Shown piece by piece: positions 6,889 through 15,786 of a stretch of 39,743 nt of DNA. Below the pieces are notes generated by a model. It made no database searches. It was given only the letters and a program-made list of their open reading frames with translations, and was not told the origin of the DNA. Where the stretch lies: the NCBI GenBank assembly GCA_035577525.1, contig DATLVL010000323.1, forward strand, positions 1 to 39,743, given 5' to 3'. This DNA is from Gemmatimonadales bacterium. Lineage in GTDB: Bacteria > Gemmatimonadota > Gemmatimonadetes > Gemmatimonadales > GWC2-71-9. Every line of letters begins with the position of its first letter. Positions within the stretch are counted from its first letter, which is position 1. A program made the position numbers and the translations under genes.

Positions 6889-8157
6889 TTACGGTACTAA
6901 CACCAGGGGCGGTGCTCCAGACGCTGGTCCCGCGACCAGTGCCGGCGCTCCGCTGGCCATCGCCAGGATCAGGTCGGGAGCCTCGAGCGCGGGCCCGGTG
7001 AGGAGTGGCGGCGCGATGGACCGCGGCACCACGCTGACGGTGGGTGCGTACACCAGCTCGGCGGACGGGATTGCAGCCGGCTGGATGTCTGGCGCGGTGA
7101 AGCCGACGAAGAGTGGTGCGTAGACCTGCTCGGCGGTGCCGATGGCATTCGGGTTGACGGTCTGCGGCGTGACCAGCATGACCATCGGCGCGTGCACCTG
7201 CGCCGCGGTCGCGATGGCATCCGGCAGGACCTGCTGGGTCAGCGTCGGGCCAAAGACGCTCTCCGCGGTAGCGATCGCGTTGGGAATGACCGACTGTGCG
7301 CCGCCGCTGAGGGTGACCACCGGCGCGTACACCGACTCGGCCGTCGCAATCGCGCCAGGCAGGACCTGCAGCGTGAGGGTTGGCTGCGCGACCGCCTGCG
7401 CCGTGCCTATCGCGTTCGGCAGGACCTGCAGATTGACAATCGGACCGAACACCGACTCCGCCGTCGCGATGGCATTCGGAGTGACGGTCTGCGCGCCGCC
7501 GCCACCGGATGGCGACTTGATCGCCAGGATGACACTCGCGCCAGGGCCCGCGACCGCGTTGCTATCCGAGATGGTGACGTGCGTCGACGTCGGTGCGGCG
7601 GCACCTGATGCGAGCGTCTGCTTGGCGATGCCAACGTCGTCGCCGCTATTCCACTGGATCGTCCAGGTCGACGGCGCGGTCCACGTCGGGGCGTTGTCGT
7701 TGGTGACCGCCGTTGCCAGAATCGCCAGGTCGTCGACGCTGGCCGCGCCGGTCAGCGCGACGCTGGGCAGACTCGAGTTGGTGCTGGCGACGCTGGTCGT
7801 GTTCTGCGCCGAGTTGTTGTTCTCGTAGGGCGTGCCCGAGGTTTGCGCGCCGGTGATCCGCAGCAGCGCGCCGACGCGCCAGACGGAGCCCGTCCACGAC
7901 CACGTCAGCGTCGTGCCCTCGGTGCCGTCGGCAATCTTCCAATCGACTCGCAGACGCATCGCGCCCGACGGGTTCACCGCGTACAGGTTGGTGAACCCGG
8001 TGGGCATCGTCGTGACGTTGGCGTCGACGTAGAAGATGGCGACCAGCAGATCGCCCGCGGCGGTGCCGACTGGCTTGCTCGGGACAAACGACGTGCCGTT
8101 GGCGCCGGGCACCGTCTGCATCCCAGCAGTGCCGGCTGGGATGGTCGGACTGGTCAC
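6889..8157 (-). CDS. Tail protein with seven tandem ~20-aa repeats (P-N-A-I-A-T-A-E-S-V-F/Y-G/A-P)
   Basis: 422-aa ORF. Repeats fall at aa ~223-376. This IPSAE-x-FG-type motif is common in phage tail/fibre proteins. Confidence 0.65.
   Translation of the reverse strand: MTSPTIPAGTAGMQTVPGANGTSFVPSKPVGTAAGDLLVAIFYVDANVTTMPTGFTNLYAVNPSGAMRLRVDWKIADGTEGTTLTWSWTGSVWRVGALLRITGAQTSGTPYENNNSAQNTTSVASTNSSLPSVALTGAASVDDLAILATAVTNDNAPTWTAPSTWTIQWNSGDDVGIAKQTLASGAAAPTSTHVTISDSNAVAGPGASVILAIKSPSGGGGAQTVTPNAIATAESVFGPIVNLQVLPNAIGTAQAVAQPTLTLQVLPGAIATAESVYAPVVTLSGGAQSVIPNAIATAESVFGPTLTQQVLPDAIATAAQVHAPMVMLVTPQTVNPNAIGTAEQVYAPLFVGFTAPDIQPAAIPSAELVYAPTVSVVPRSIAPPLLTGPALEAPDLILAMASGAPALVAGPASGAPPLVLVP
7030..7491. 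repeat. Degenerate ~60-66-bp tandem repeats (7 units) inside the tail protein gene
   Basis: Recurrent gcgatggcattcgg / gcgatcgcgttggg / gcaatcgcgccagg blocks. The protein-level repeats were counted by hand. Confidence 0.8.
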
Positions 8158-8170
8158 CTGGAGCGATCAG

Positions 8171-8593
8171 CTAAAGCGTGAAGAGCCCGGACGCGTTGAA
8201 GACGACGTTGATGTCGGCGCCGTTCGGCGTGACCGGTAGCCCCGTGCCCGTGTCCACCCAGGCAATCAGGCGCTGCGCCGACGCCGCGACGTCCGCACCG
8301 CCGGTGACCGCGGAGCTCTGGAAGTACAGCAGGCTATGCCCCGACGCGTTGGCCGCCGGCGCCGTGAAAGTGATGTCGGCCGCGTCCGCGGTGCCGCTGG
8401 TGCCCGTCTTCGACGCCAGGGCGGCGGAGGTCGCGTGCAGCACGCCGCTGGCGCCGGTCACGTCCGAGACGAACTTGTGCGACGCGCTGAACGTGTAGGA
8501 CCGAACCAGCGCGACCTTGATGACCGCGGTGTCATAGTCGATTTCGCCGAGGAGGAATCCCTCGCGGCCAGGTGAGAAAAGCGCGTTGGCCAT
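8171..8593 (-). CDS. Virion structural protein, hypothetical (140 aa)
   Basis: ORF in the structural operon. Confidence 0.6.
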   Translation of the reverse strand: MANALFSPGREGFLLGEIDYDTAVIKVALVRSYTFSASHKFVSDVTGASGVLHATSAALASKTGTSGTADAADITFTAPAANASGHSLLYFQSSAVTGGADVAASAQRLIAWVDTGTGLPVTPNGADINVVFNASGLFTL

Positions 8594-8599
8594 CAGCCA

Positions 8600-8791
8600 C
8601 TAACCTCCGTAGGTCAGGTCCTCGAGCGAGTTCGGCACGAGCGCCTTGAGCGTCTGCCAGTCGTCGGGCAGTGTGAGCGTCACGACCGTGCCGGACGGCA
8701 GCTTGCAACTGACGATCAGTTTGCCGGTATGCACCCAGGTGCCGTCGGTCTGCTGCCCGTTGACCAGCGTGTAGACATCAGACGTGGACAT
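8600..8791 (-). CDS. Hypothetical small virion-module protein (63 aa)
   Basis: ORF that overlaps the upstream gene. Confidence 0.5.
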   Translation of the reverse strand: MSTSDVYTLVNGQQTDGTWVHTGKLIVSCKLPSGTVVTLTLPDDWQTLKALVPNSLEDLTYGG

Positions 8792-9227
8792 CGGTCACTT
8801 TCGCGCCTGGCCGCTTGATGACGATGCTGGCCCGCACCCCGCCCTGCGACGCGCGGTTGTCGCGCCGACCGCACGCCGCCTCGATGGCACGGTACGCGCG
8901 GGCGTAGTCGGCGTCGCTGGTCAGTCCCAGCTCGCGCATGCCTTCGGTCCGCGGCAGGCCGAGCCACCACTCGCCGTCGACGACATCTGGCGTGTTGGCG
9001 TCGCCGATCAGCGGGTCGCCGTCCAGGCAGTAGCCGTCCCGCTCGATCCGAATGTCGCGCACGACCCCCTCGAGCAGATGGCACGCCGTCTGAACCTCGG
9101 CCCATGACTGGCAGTAGCGCACACCAGCCCCGTAGCTCAGACGAAAGAAGCCCGAGCCGAAGGCACAGTCAGCCCGATGCGCCGCGCTGACGCTCAGGTA
9201 CTCGGTGCGGCCGTGCTCGTCGATCAC
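8778..9227 (-). CDS. Hypothetical Cys-containing virion-module protein (149 aa)
   Basis: ORF with a GTG start that overlaps the stop of the upstream micro-ORF (GTGA). Confidence 0.55.
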   Translation of the reverse strand: MIDEHGRTEYLSVSAAHRADCAFGSGFFRLSYGAGVRYCQSWAEVQTACHLLEGVVRDIRIERDGYCLDGDPLIGDANTPDVVDGEWWLGLPRTEGMRELGLTSDADYARAYRAIEAACGRRDNRASQGGVRASIVIKRPGAKVTDVHV

Positions 9228-9349
9228 TGCGCGGGCTCGTCCTCCGCGGGATCGCCGACCTCGACTTCGTCGCCCTCATCCTCTGGTTCAGGCGGCACCG
9301 GCGGAGTTGGATCCGGCTGGGGTGGAGTGGGATCGGGTGTCTCGCGCAT
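9224..9349 (-). CDS. 41-aa acidic proline-rich peptide (MRETPDPTPPQPDPTPPVPPEPEDEGDEVEVGDPAEDEPAQ)
   Basis: Hand-translated and below the ORF-track cutoff. Its stop overlaps the next start. Confidence 0.35.
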   Translation of the reverse strand: MRETPDPTPPQPDPTPPVPPEPEDEGDEVEVGDPAEDEPAQ

Positions 9350-9357
9350 GCTGCCTC

Positions 9358-9813
9358 CTAACTGGTCGTGAATGTTCCGTCTGCCGAGTAGGTGGTGATG
9401 CCGTTGGCGACCGCTGCGATGCGGTAGTGGTACAGCGTGGCGGTCACCAGCCCCGATATCGGCTTGGACTGAGCGCCGGTGCCCGATCCCTGCGTGTTCT
9501 GCGAGCCGTACGCCAGGGTCGTGCCGTAATCGATCCAGTTCAACGCTTGCTGCGACAGCGTGAAGTTGACGGTCGCGCCGGTCGCCGTAATAGCCGTCAC
9601 CGAAATCGCCGTGATCGCCGCCGCCTGGGCACCCTGGCCTCCCAGAGGCGAGCCATTCGGAAAGACCGCCGTCGCTGCGCCGGCGTCAGTCGGCCAACCG
9701 CCAGGTCTGGCCGCACCTGGCGGTTCGTTGCCGCGCCAGTCGACTGGCGTGTGCGTCCACAGCCCGGCCGCGGCGCCTACCTGCGAGCCGATCCTGCCGC
9801 CATCAAGCGGCAT
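9358..9813 (-). CDS. Fibronectin type III-like domain protein (decoration or tail accessory)
   Basis: C-terminal ITAISVTAITATGATVNFTLSQ...YGTTLAYG...LVTATLYHYRIAAV...G is a typical FN3 pattern. Confidence 0.6.
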   Translation of the reverse strand: MPLDGGRIGSQVGAAAGLWTHTPVDWRGNEPPGAARPGGWPTDAGAATAVFPNGSPLGGQGAQAAAITAISVTAITATGATVNFTLSQQALNWIDYGTTLAYGSQNTQGSGTGAQSKPISGLVTATLYHYRIAAVANGITTYSADGTFTTS

Positions 9814-10099
9814 TGCCCTTGCTCCGCGGATGCGCTTGCTCGGTCGGCTCGGCCGCCTTCGGCGCTTCTTTGGCTCCCTGCTCCTCGACCCACGCGGCGA
9901 AATTGTCGATGGTCTGCTCGCCCGTAATGGTGTATCCCATCCGCAGGTACTGCTCGGCGTGCGACGCCGGGCCGACGAACGAATCGCCGTCGGTGCGCAG
10001 GAAGGTGAAGTACAGCGTGCTCGGCGGCGTGACGTACGGTCCGTTTTCGTGGACCAGGTTGGCCTGGGCGATGAAGTCGACGGGTGGTGTTTCGGTCAT
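9803..10099 (-). CDS. Hypothetical head-module protein (98 aa)
   Basis: ORF with an ATGA overlap with the upstream gene. Confidence 0.55.
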   Translation of the reverse strand: MTETPPVDFIAQANLVHENGPYVTPPSTLYFTFLRTDGDSFVGPASHAEQYLRMGYTITGEQTIDNFAAWVEEQGAKEAPKAAEPTEQAHPRSKGNAA

Positions 10100-10740
10100 G
10101 TCCTGCTCCTTCGACGCGACTGGTCGATCGGGTCGTACCCGCCGTTCGGGATCGCGCCTTCGATGGTCGTCGCCTGCGCGCCTTCGGCGCCGAGCTTGCG
10201 TTGCAGGTCCTCGAGCGAGCTGGCTCCGGCAGTCTCGACACCGCGCAGCAGCGACGGCTCAGGCTCGTCCCTGAACTTCGGCTCGGTCACCCGCACGACT
10301 CCGCCCTTGGCGCGGATGTCGACAATCGTCGCCTCAAGCTCTTCGGTTGACTGCGCGTCAATGCCCTCGATGTCGATCAGCGTCCCGAGCGTCGGGTCTT
10401 TCTGGTCTGCCTTGCGGATCGCGTTGATCAACTTGGCCCGCTTGCGCTGCTCGGCGATGACCTTCGGTCGCTCGATGCGCTCCCACTCGTCGACCTCCGA
10501 CATGTCTTCGCCGCGGGCGGCGACGGTGGCCAGCAGGTGAAAGCCCAGGTCGGAATACAGCGCGCGGTTCTGCGGGTCCGACTGCAACTGCACGATGTCG
10601 CCGTTCGGTGTCGCGTACCAGCGCAGCGGGTAGTTGTAGTTCTGCCCGCGCTTGGGCGTGATGTCGGTCCGACCGAGGGTCTTTTCGACCATGCGGTCGA
10701 TGAACGTCTCACCCGTATGGGGTGACGCCGACGTCGTCAT
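10096..10740 (-). CDS. Hypothetical head-module protein (214 aa)
   Basis: ORF immediately downstream of the capsid gene. Confidence 0.6.
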   Translation of the reverse strand: MTTSASPHTGETFIDRMVEKTLGRTDITPKRGQNYNYPLRWYATPNGDIVQLQSDPQNRALYSDLGFHLLATVAARGEDMSEVDEWERIERPKVIAEQRKRAKLINAIRKADQKDPTLGTLIDIEGIDAQSTEELEATIVDIRAKGGVVRVTEPKFRDEPEPSLLRGVETAGASSLEDLQRKLGAEGAQATTIEGAIPNGGYDPIDQSRRRSRT

Positions 10741-11595
10741 CTACGCCGCGCCTTTCGCCCAGACACCAAAGGTTGGCCGCATCATCTGGTGCCCATAAAT
10801 TTCCTCGACCGCGAGCTTCCAGGTGAACACGTCGATGTCGTAGAAGACGTGCGACTTCGGCGTCCGCTGCATGACCAGCGCGATGGCCTCGCGATGACCG
10901 ATGAAGTTATTCGCCTGACCGCCGGCGGGCTTGACCAGGTTGGTGGTGATGCCCAGGTTGAGTCCGTACATGTCGCCGAGCATGCCCGACTTGGCGGGCA
11001 TCGAGTTGTTGCCGATGTACAGCGCGTTCGACCAGCGATCCAGCGCCAGCTTGGCAACCTTCTCAGCAGGTGACATGAGAAAGAAGCGGTTGTCCTGCGG
11101 GCAGTCCGCGTTATCCAGCAGCTGCACCGCGGCCAGCACGTTGGCGTCAGACAACGCCGTGCCCAGGGTGCCGACGGTCTGGGTGAAACCCGCGACGTCG
11201 GTGGCCAGGTTCGTATCGACGTCCTTGGCCAGCGCGTAGCCCAGCTTCTGCTGGTACTCATTCTGCACATCGACGATGCTCTGCACCTTGATGATGTCTT
11301 CGATGCCAAGCGCCGCGTATGACCAGATGTTCAGCGTGATGGTCGTGGCCGTTTCCGCGACGGTCTCGTAGACGATCGCGGTGTTCTCGGTCTTCGCCCG
11401 AGCCGCCAGGTTGCCAATGCTGGCGACCTTGACCGTCTTGCCCACGCTGGCGTCGTTTTCGAAGCCGCGGTTGACACTCTTGGCGAAGAGCAGGTTGCTT
11501 TCGGTCGCGCGCAGGACCTGCTTGCTCCAGATGTCCGGCGAGAACACTCCGTCAGAGATCGTCTTGTCGACGAACTCGGTTGCACCTGTAGCCAC
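10741..11595 (-). CDS. Major capsid protein
   Basis: 284 aa with a GTG start 6 nt after GGGGGT, preceded by a scaffold-like gene. Composition and size fit small coat proteins. The family was not verified. Confidence 0.75.
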   Translation of the reverse strand: MATGATEFVDKTISDGVFSPDIWSKQVLRATESNLLFAKSVNRGFENDASVGKTVKVASIGNLAARAKTENTAIVYETVAETATTITLNIWSYAALGIEDIIKVQSIVDVQNEYQQKLGYALAKDVDTNLATDVAGFTQTVGTLGTALSDANVLAAVQLLDNADCPQDNRFFLMSPAEKVAKLALDRWSNALYIGNNSMPAKSGMLGDMYGLNLGITTNLVKPAGGQANNFIGHREAIALVMQRTPKSHVFYDIDVFTWKLAVEEIYGHQMMRPTFGVWAKGAA

Positions 11596-11605
11596 TGGCT
11601 ACCCC

Positions 11606-12490
11606 CTACTGTCTGTGAACGGGGATGCCTCGAGTCGATCGATGCCGCACCCCTGGTTTCGGTCTGCCGTTCTCGTCGAACAGCGCGTCGTATTCGGCAA
11701 GGCTCATATTGGCGATCTGCTCATCCGTCACTTCGCGGACGCGACCGGGGGTGCCAGAGTCACGCTCGGGTACGGGTTCGTCGCCGTTCATCTCGCTCAA
11801 CATCGACTTTCGCAGTGCGGACTCGCGCTTTCCGATGCCGAGCTCGACTGCCTTGTCGACGATGTAGCGCATGTATTCTGCCATGCCCTCGGCCGGCGTC
11901 TTGCCGACCCCGAACGCCTTACCCGAGACGTCCTTCTGGATCGTTTCGGGCAGGTCTTTTTGAAACAGCACGATGGCGTCCATGGCTGGCGCCAGGGCCT
12001 GGGCCGATTGCTGCGACGCGAGCTGGGTCTGCAGCTCGCGCTGAGTCATCTCACCCAGGGTGTACAGGTCGTTGTTGGCCGCGGCCTCCAGCTTCGCCGC
12101 ATCCTGACGGTCGCGCTCCTGCTTCGCCAGCAGGTCGCGCGCACGACGGTCGCCGATCTGACCGATCAGACCGGACACGACCTCGTCCTTCTCCAGCTGG
12201 TCGCGCGGCAGGTTCTTCGCCAGCAGGCGCAGCGCTTCGGTCGGGTCTTTTGCTTCACGAACCGCCGCGAACCAGTCGGGCGGCTCGGACTCGGTCGGTT
12301 CGGACTCGGCGACGTCGGGCGCCTCGGGAGGGAGGTCGGACGTCGCCTCGTCCACGGGCGGGGGTGGAGTGCTGGACGCTCCGCCCGTCTCGCCCGAACG
12401 TCTCCGCGAAGGACGCGCGGGCGCAGCCGGCTGCTCGTCTGGCGCGTCGGCCAGGTCGGGGTGGACGGACTTGTCCCAATCGCCGGGCAT
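11606..12490 (-). CDS. Scaffolding protein candidate
   Basis: 294 aa, acidic, helical and low-complexity, directly upstream of the capsid gene. Confidence 0.5.
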   Translation of the reverse strand: MPGDWDKSVHPDLADAPDEQPAAPARPSRRRSGETGGASSTPPPPVDEATSDLPPEAPDVAESEPTESEPPDWFAAVREAKDPTEALRLLAKNLPRDQLEKDEVVSGLIGQIGDRRARDLLAKQERDRQDAAKLEAAANNDLYTLGEMTQRELQTQLASQQSAQALAPAMDAIVLFQKDLPETIQKDVSGKAFGVGKTPAEGMAEYMRYIVDKAVELGIGKRESALRKSMLSEMNGDEPVPERDSGTPGRVREVTDEQIANMSLAEYDALFDENGRPKPGVRHRSTRGIPVHRQ

Positions 12491-12624
12491 TACTTCTTCG
12501 CCGCCGCCTTGCGCTGCGTCGCGTACGCCGCCGCTACGGCCTGTTTGACCGGTCTGCCACTCTTGACCATCTCGCGGATGTTGGCCTTGAAGGCCGCCTT
12601 ACTGGCCGATTTCTTGAGCGGCAT
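12490..12624 (-). CDS. 44-aa basic protein (MPLKKSASKAAFKANIREMVKSGRPVKQAVAAAYATQRKAAAKK)
   Basis: Hand-translated. Its TAA overlaps the scaffold ATG (TAATG). It has a KQA-x-A-x-A motif reminiscent of a widespread family of small basic proteins. Confidence 0.5.
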   Translation of the reverse strand: MPLKKSASKAAFKANIREMVKSGRPVKQAVAAAYATQRKAAAKK

Positions 12625-12631
12625 CTCTCGA

Positions 12632-13855
12632 TCAACCCCTCCGAATCACGCCCACCGTGTTGGGCGCGTTGAACTGCGGCAACGTGTTCTGGATCTGCTT
12701 CAGCGAGTCTTGCGGATCGAGACCGTACTTTTCCTGCATCGACTGCAGGATCAAGTTTTGCGTGGTAGGCGTCGACCTGAGAAAACTCGCCGAGTCGATC
12801 TTGTTCGGCGTCGGCGTCGCGTCCAGCCACGACTGCGCGGTCGTCTGGTTCGCCTGCGGCGACTTGATGTCGTCGATCAACTGCTGCAGGTAGCCCATCC
12901 CGCCCTGGGTATTGCCGCCGGCAGTGCCCACGCCGGCCACTGTATTCGGGGCGCTGAAGCCGGCGGTCGGCAGGCCCTGCAGCACGCGCCCCGCCTGGCC
13001 GATGACCTGCGCCTGGCGGAAGGGATTGGCCTGGAGCGCGGCCGCGGCGTTGATTGCGCCCATCTGCTGCGCGTAGGCCTGCTGCTGCGCCGCCAGCGTG
13101 GTCTGGCCAGGTACGGGCGCCTGGCCCGCATTGCCGTACAGCCCGGCGTACTGCGCTTGCGCGGCCAGCGTCTCCTGTCCGGGGCCTGTGCCCTGCACCA
13201 GGCCATTCGGCGTGACGTAGTAGCCCGTCAGGCCCGCGTTCTGAGCCGCGATGTTCTGCGCCTGCAGCAGACCCGCCTGCGTGGGCGTGCCCTGATACAT
13301 GCCCGTCAGACCGGCCTGACTGATCTGTAGGTTCTCGTTGAAGCGGCGAACGTCGTCCTGGAACTTCTGGGTGTCCAGCCCGAAGTTGGCGTTGAACTCG
13401 CGGATCGCCTCGGCAATCGCATCTTTGTTGCCGCTGGCCTGCGCGCCCAGAAGCTGCTGAATGCCGGCGATCAGCTTCTGGGTATCCGCATTGGTGCCAG
13501 TCGTCGCTGCGACGGGCGCGGTGGCCGTTCCGGGCGCGCCGCTCATGATCGGCTGGACAGCCTGACCGGTGGTGTTGCCGTACGTCACCAGGATGCTGGT
13601 GCTGTCGGTCGGTCCGCTGTACCCGACGTTCTGGAGCTCCTGCTGCATCTGCTGGAGCGTCCGCGGCCCGTTGACGGTGTTGTACGAACCCGGCGCGACC
13701 GCTCCGCTGGGGGCACCACCGGTCGCGCCGGCCGGCGCGCCACCACCGCCACCCCCACCCCCGCTGGAGACGGGCACGTTATTGCCCTGCTGCTGGTCGG
13801 CCGGTCCGCTCGAGGGAAGCTCCTCGTGCCACTTGTTTCCGACGTAACGTCCCAT
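12632..13855 (-). CDS. Q/G/A-rich low-complexity virion protein (407 aa), possible internal/ejection protein
   Basis: ORF coupled by TGATG to the upstream gene. Contains a run of 8 Gly and repeated LTG/QAQ segments. Confidence 0.65.
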   Translation of the reverse strand: MGRYVGNKWHEELPSSGPADQQQGNNVPVSSGGGGGGGGAPAGATGGAPSGAVAPGSYNTVNGPRTLQQMQQELQNVGYSGPTDSTSILVTYGNTTGQAVQPIMSGAPGTATAPVAATTGTNADTQKLIAGIQQLLGAQASGNKDAIAEAIREFNANFGLDTQKFQDDVRRFNENLQISQAGLTGMYQGTPTQAGLLQAQNIAAQNAGLTGYYVTPNGLVQGTGPGQETLAAQAQYAGLYGNAGQAPVPGQTTLAAQQQAYAQQMGAINAAAALQANPFRQAQVIGQAGRVLQGLPTAGFSAPNTVAGVGTAGGNTQGGMGYLQQLIDDIKSPQANQTTAQSWLDATPTPNKIDSASFLRSTPTTQNLILQSMQEKYGLDPQDSLKQIQNTLPQFNAPNTVGVIRRG

Positions 13856-15786
13856 CAGGTACTACTCGCCAGCGCCACGGGCGCGTTCGGCGCGATGAAA
13901 GAAGCACCTGGCGCTGCGTTCCACGGATAGATCCCTCCTGTATACGCCGTCGCGGCACCGTAATTAGCACCCGGCACCGCGGCGAGCGGCGCAACCATTC
14001 CCGCGGCCTGAGCCGGCGGGATCGCCGGCACGGCAGGCACCACTGGCCGAGCCACCGCCGTTTGCGGAGCGACGGTGGCGGCCTGCTGCTGGCTCGCACT
14101 GGCGGCCTGCGTCGCGGCGACAATGGGATGCTGGGTGTTGGTGAGCTGCTGGTACTTGTCCAGCATTTGCCTGAGCGTGCCGATCGCCGCCTGTGTCGTC
14201 GGGTCGGCGTTATCACTCTTGGGGTCGGCCATCTGGACCATGCGCGCGGCCGAGTCGAGCGTTGCCTGACCGCCCATCAGGTCAGCCGTCCAGCCCGACA
14301 GGCCCTGCACCAGGTTGGCTCCGACGTCGCTCGGATACGACGTGATGTTCTTGTTTTGCAGCGTCTGGCCGAGGATGCTCTGCAGCGTTCCCGTCGCGGC
14401 TTGCGCTCGCTGCTGCAGCAGGTTGCCGGCCGTCTGCGCGTTCGCGCGCGTGTTGGCCAGGACATCGCCCGCCGCGGTCGTCACGTTCTGCTGCGTGTTG
14501 ATGTCGTTGGTCATCCGCGCGTTGGCGGCGTTGATCAACTGGATCGCTTCATCCTGCGAGATGTCGCCCGCGACTACCGTGCCGGTCAGCGACGTGGCCA
14601 GCTGCTTGAGCGCATCCGACGCGGTGATGCGGCCCTCGTTCGGAACCCACTTGAGCTTGCTCGGGTTGTCCGGATCCGGGATCGCGATCAGCCTGGCGTT
14701 GGCGTTCGGCGCCGGTACCTGCACCGCCGGCGGCTGGTAGTTGGTGTTGGGGTGCGACGCGATCAGGTTGCCCTGGTCGTCGTACCACTCGAGGTTCTTG
14801 AGGGTCGTACTGTTGTTGGCCGTCGCCGCTTTGGACACCCCGGGCGGCAGCTTGTACGTGCCGCTGTCGGCGTCGTACAGGTAGGTGATCCCGTTCGACG
14901 TGAGCGTCTTGGGCGGTCCATTCGGCCCGACCGCCACGAGCGCTTTGCTGGCGTCCGTCTCGTTTGGATCGAAGCGGTACATCGACCCGTCTGGATACGT
15001 GACGATCTGGAACGGCGAATCCTTGGTGACGTCGGTCAGCTTGACCAGTTGCTTCTTGGGGTCCGGCTCGTCCTTGTTGAACGAATAAATCGCCGTCGGG
15101 GTGGTGACGATCTGGCGCCCGTCGGCGGTCGTCGAGACCGCGTGGAGCTCGTTGTTGACCGGGTCCCATTGCCCGACCACCCCGCTACTGGCATCACCAG
15201 GTGAGCGATAGACAGGGTTCCACTTCGACGGGTCGGACGCTTTGTTGCCCGCCGCGGACTGGACGCTGGCGCCAATCTTGTTGTTGACCGGGTCCCACAG
15301 ACCGATGATCCGCTTGCCGCTCGGATCGTTCGGATCGGCGATCGGCGTCCACTGCGACGGGTCGGTTGTCAGGTCGCCTTCGACCTTGAATGGCTGCGTA
15401 CCCGGTGGCGCCTTCGGATCGCGCAGATAGACCGCCGGCGTGTTGGAGCCCGCGGGTATCGGGTTACCCTTCGCGTCCAGACGCTCGAGCCCCGCGGCCG
15501 GCGTGCTCGTCGTCGCCGGTTTCCCCTGCGGGCCCTGGATGACGTCGAAGCCGACGCCGCCCTTGGTGTTGGGGTTGTTGCCGACCTCTTTGACGATCAG
15601 CGAGTCGGGCTCGCCGCCGGGCCCCTGGATCGACAGGATGATGCCGGCCTGCTGATCGATCTGCGACGGCTCGCCGGCCAGGCCTGCTTTGGGATTGGCG
15701 ACCTTGACGACGTACGGCGCCTCGCCGACAACCTTGTAGCCGGGCCGCAGCGCGTCGACGGCCTGCTGTTTGGAGTTGTACGGCAT
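13855..15786 (-). CDS. P/N/Q-rich virion protein (643 aa), possible internal/ejection protein
   Basis: ORF coupled by TGATG to the giant gene. Contains a repeated WDPVNN motif. Confidence 0.65.
   Translation of the reverse strand: MPYNSKQQAVDALRPGYKVVGEAPYVVKVANPKAGLAGEPSQIDQQAGIILSIQGPGGEPDSLIVKEVGNNPNTKGGVGFDVIQGPQGKPATTSTPAAGLERLDAKGNPIPAGSNTPAVYLRDPKAPPGTQPFKVEGDLTTDPSQWTPIADPNDPSGKRIIGLWDPVNNKIGASVQSAAGNKASDPSKWNPVYRSPGDASSGVVGQWDPVNNELHAVSTTADGRQIVTTPTAIYSFNKDEPDPKKQLVKLTDVTKDSPFQIVTYPDGSMYRFDPNETDASKALVAVGPNGPPKTLTSNGITYLYDADSGTYKLPPGVSKAATANNSTTLKNLEWYDDQGNLIASHPNTNYQPPAVQVPAPNANARLIAIPDPDNPSKLKWVPNEGRITASDALKQLATSLTGTVVAGDISQDEAIQLINAANARMTNDINTQQNVTTAAGDVLANTRANAQTAGNLLQQRAQAATGTLQSILGQTLQNKNITSYPSDVGANLVQGLSGWTADLMGGQATLDSAARMVQMADPKSDNADPTTQAAIGTLRQMLDKYQQLTNTQHPIVAATQAASASQQQAATVAPQTAVARPVVPAVPAIPPAQAAGMVAPLAAVPGANYGAATAYTGGIYPWNAAPGASFIAPNAPVALASST

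Noticed and set aside
2736-8157. Diversity-generating retroelement targeting the fibre or tail genes
   Set aside because: There is no reverse transcriptase ORF anywhere in the window. I found no template/variable repeat pair with adenine-specific differences.
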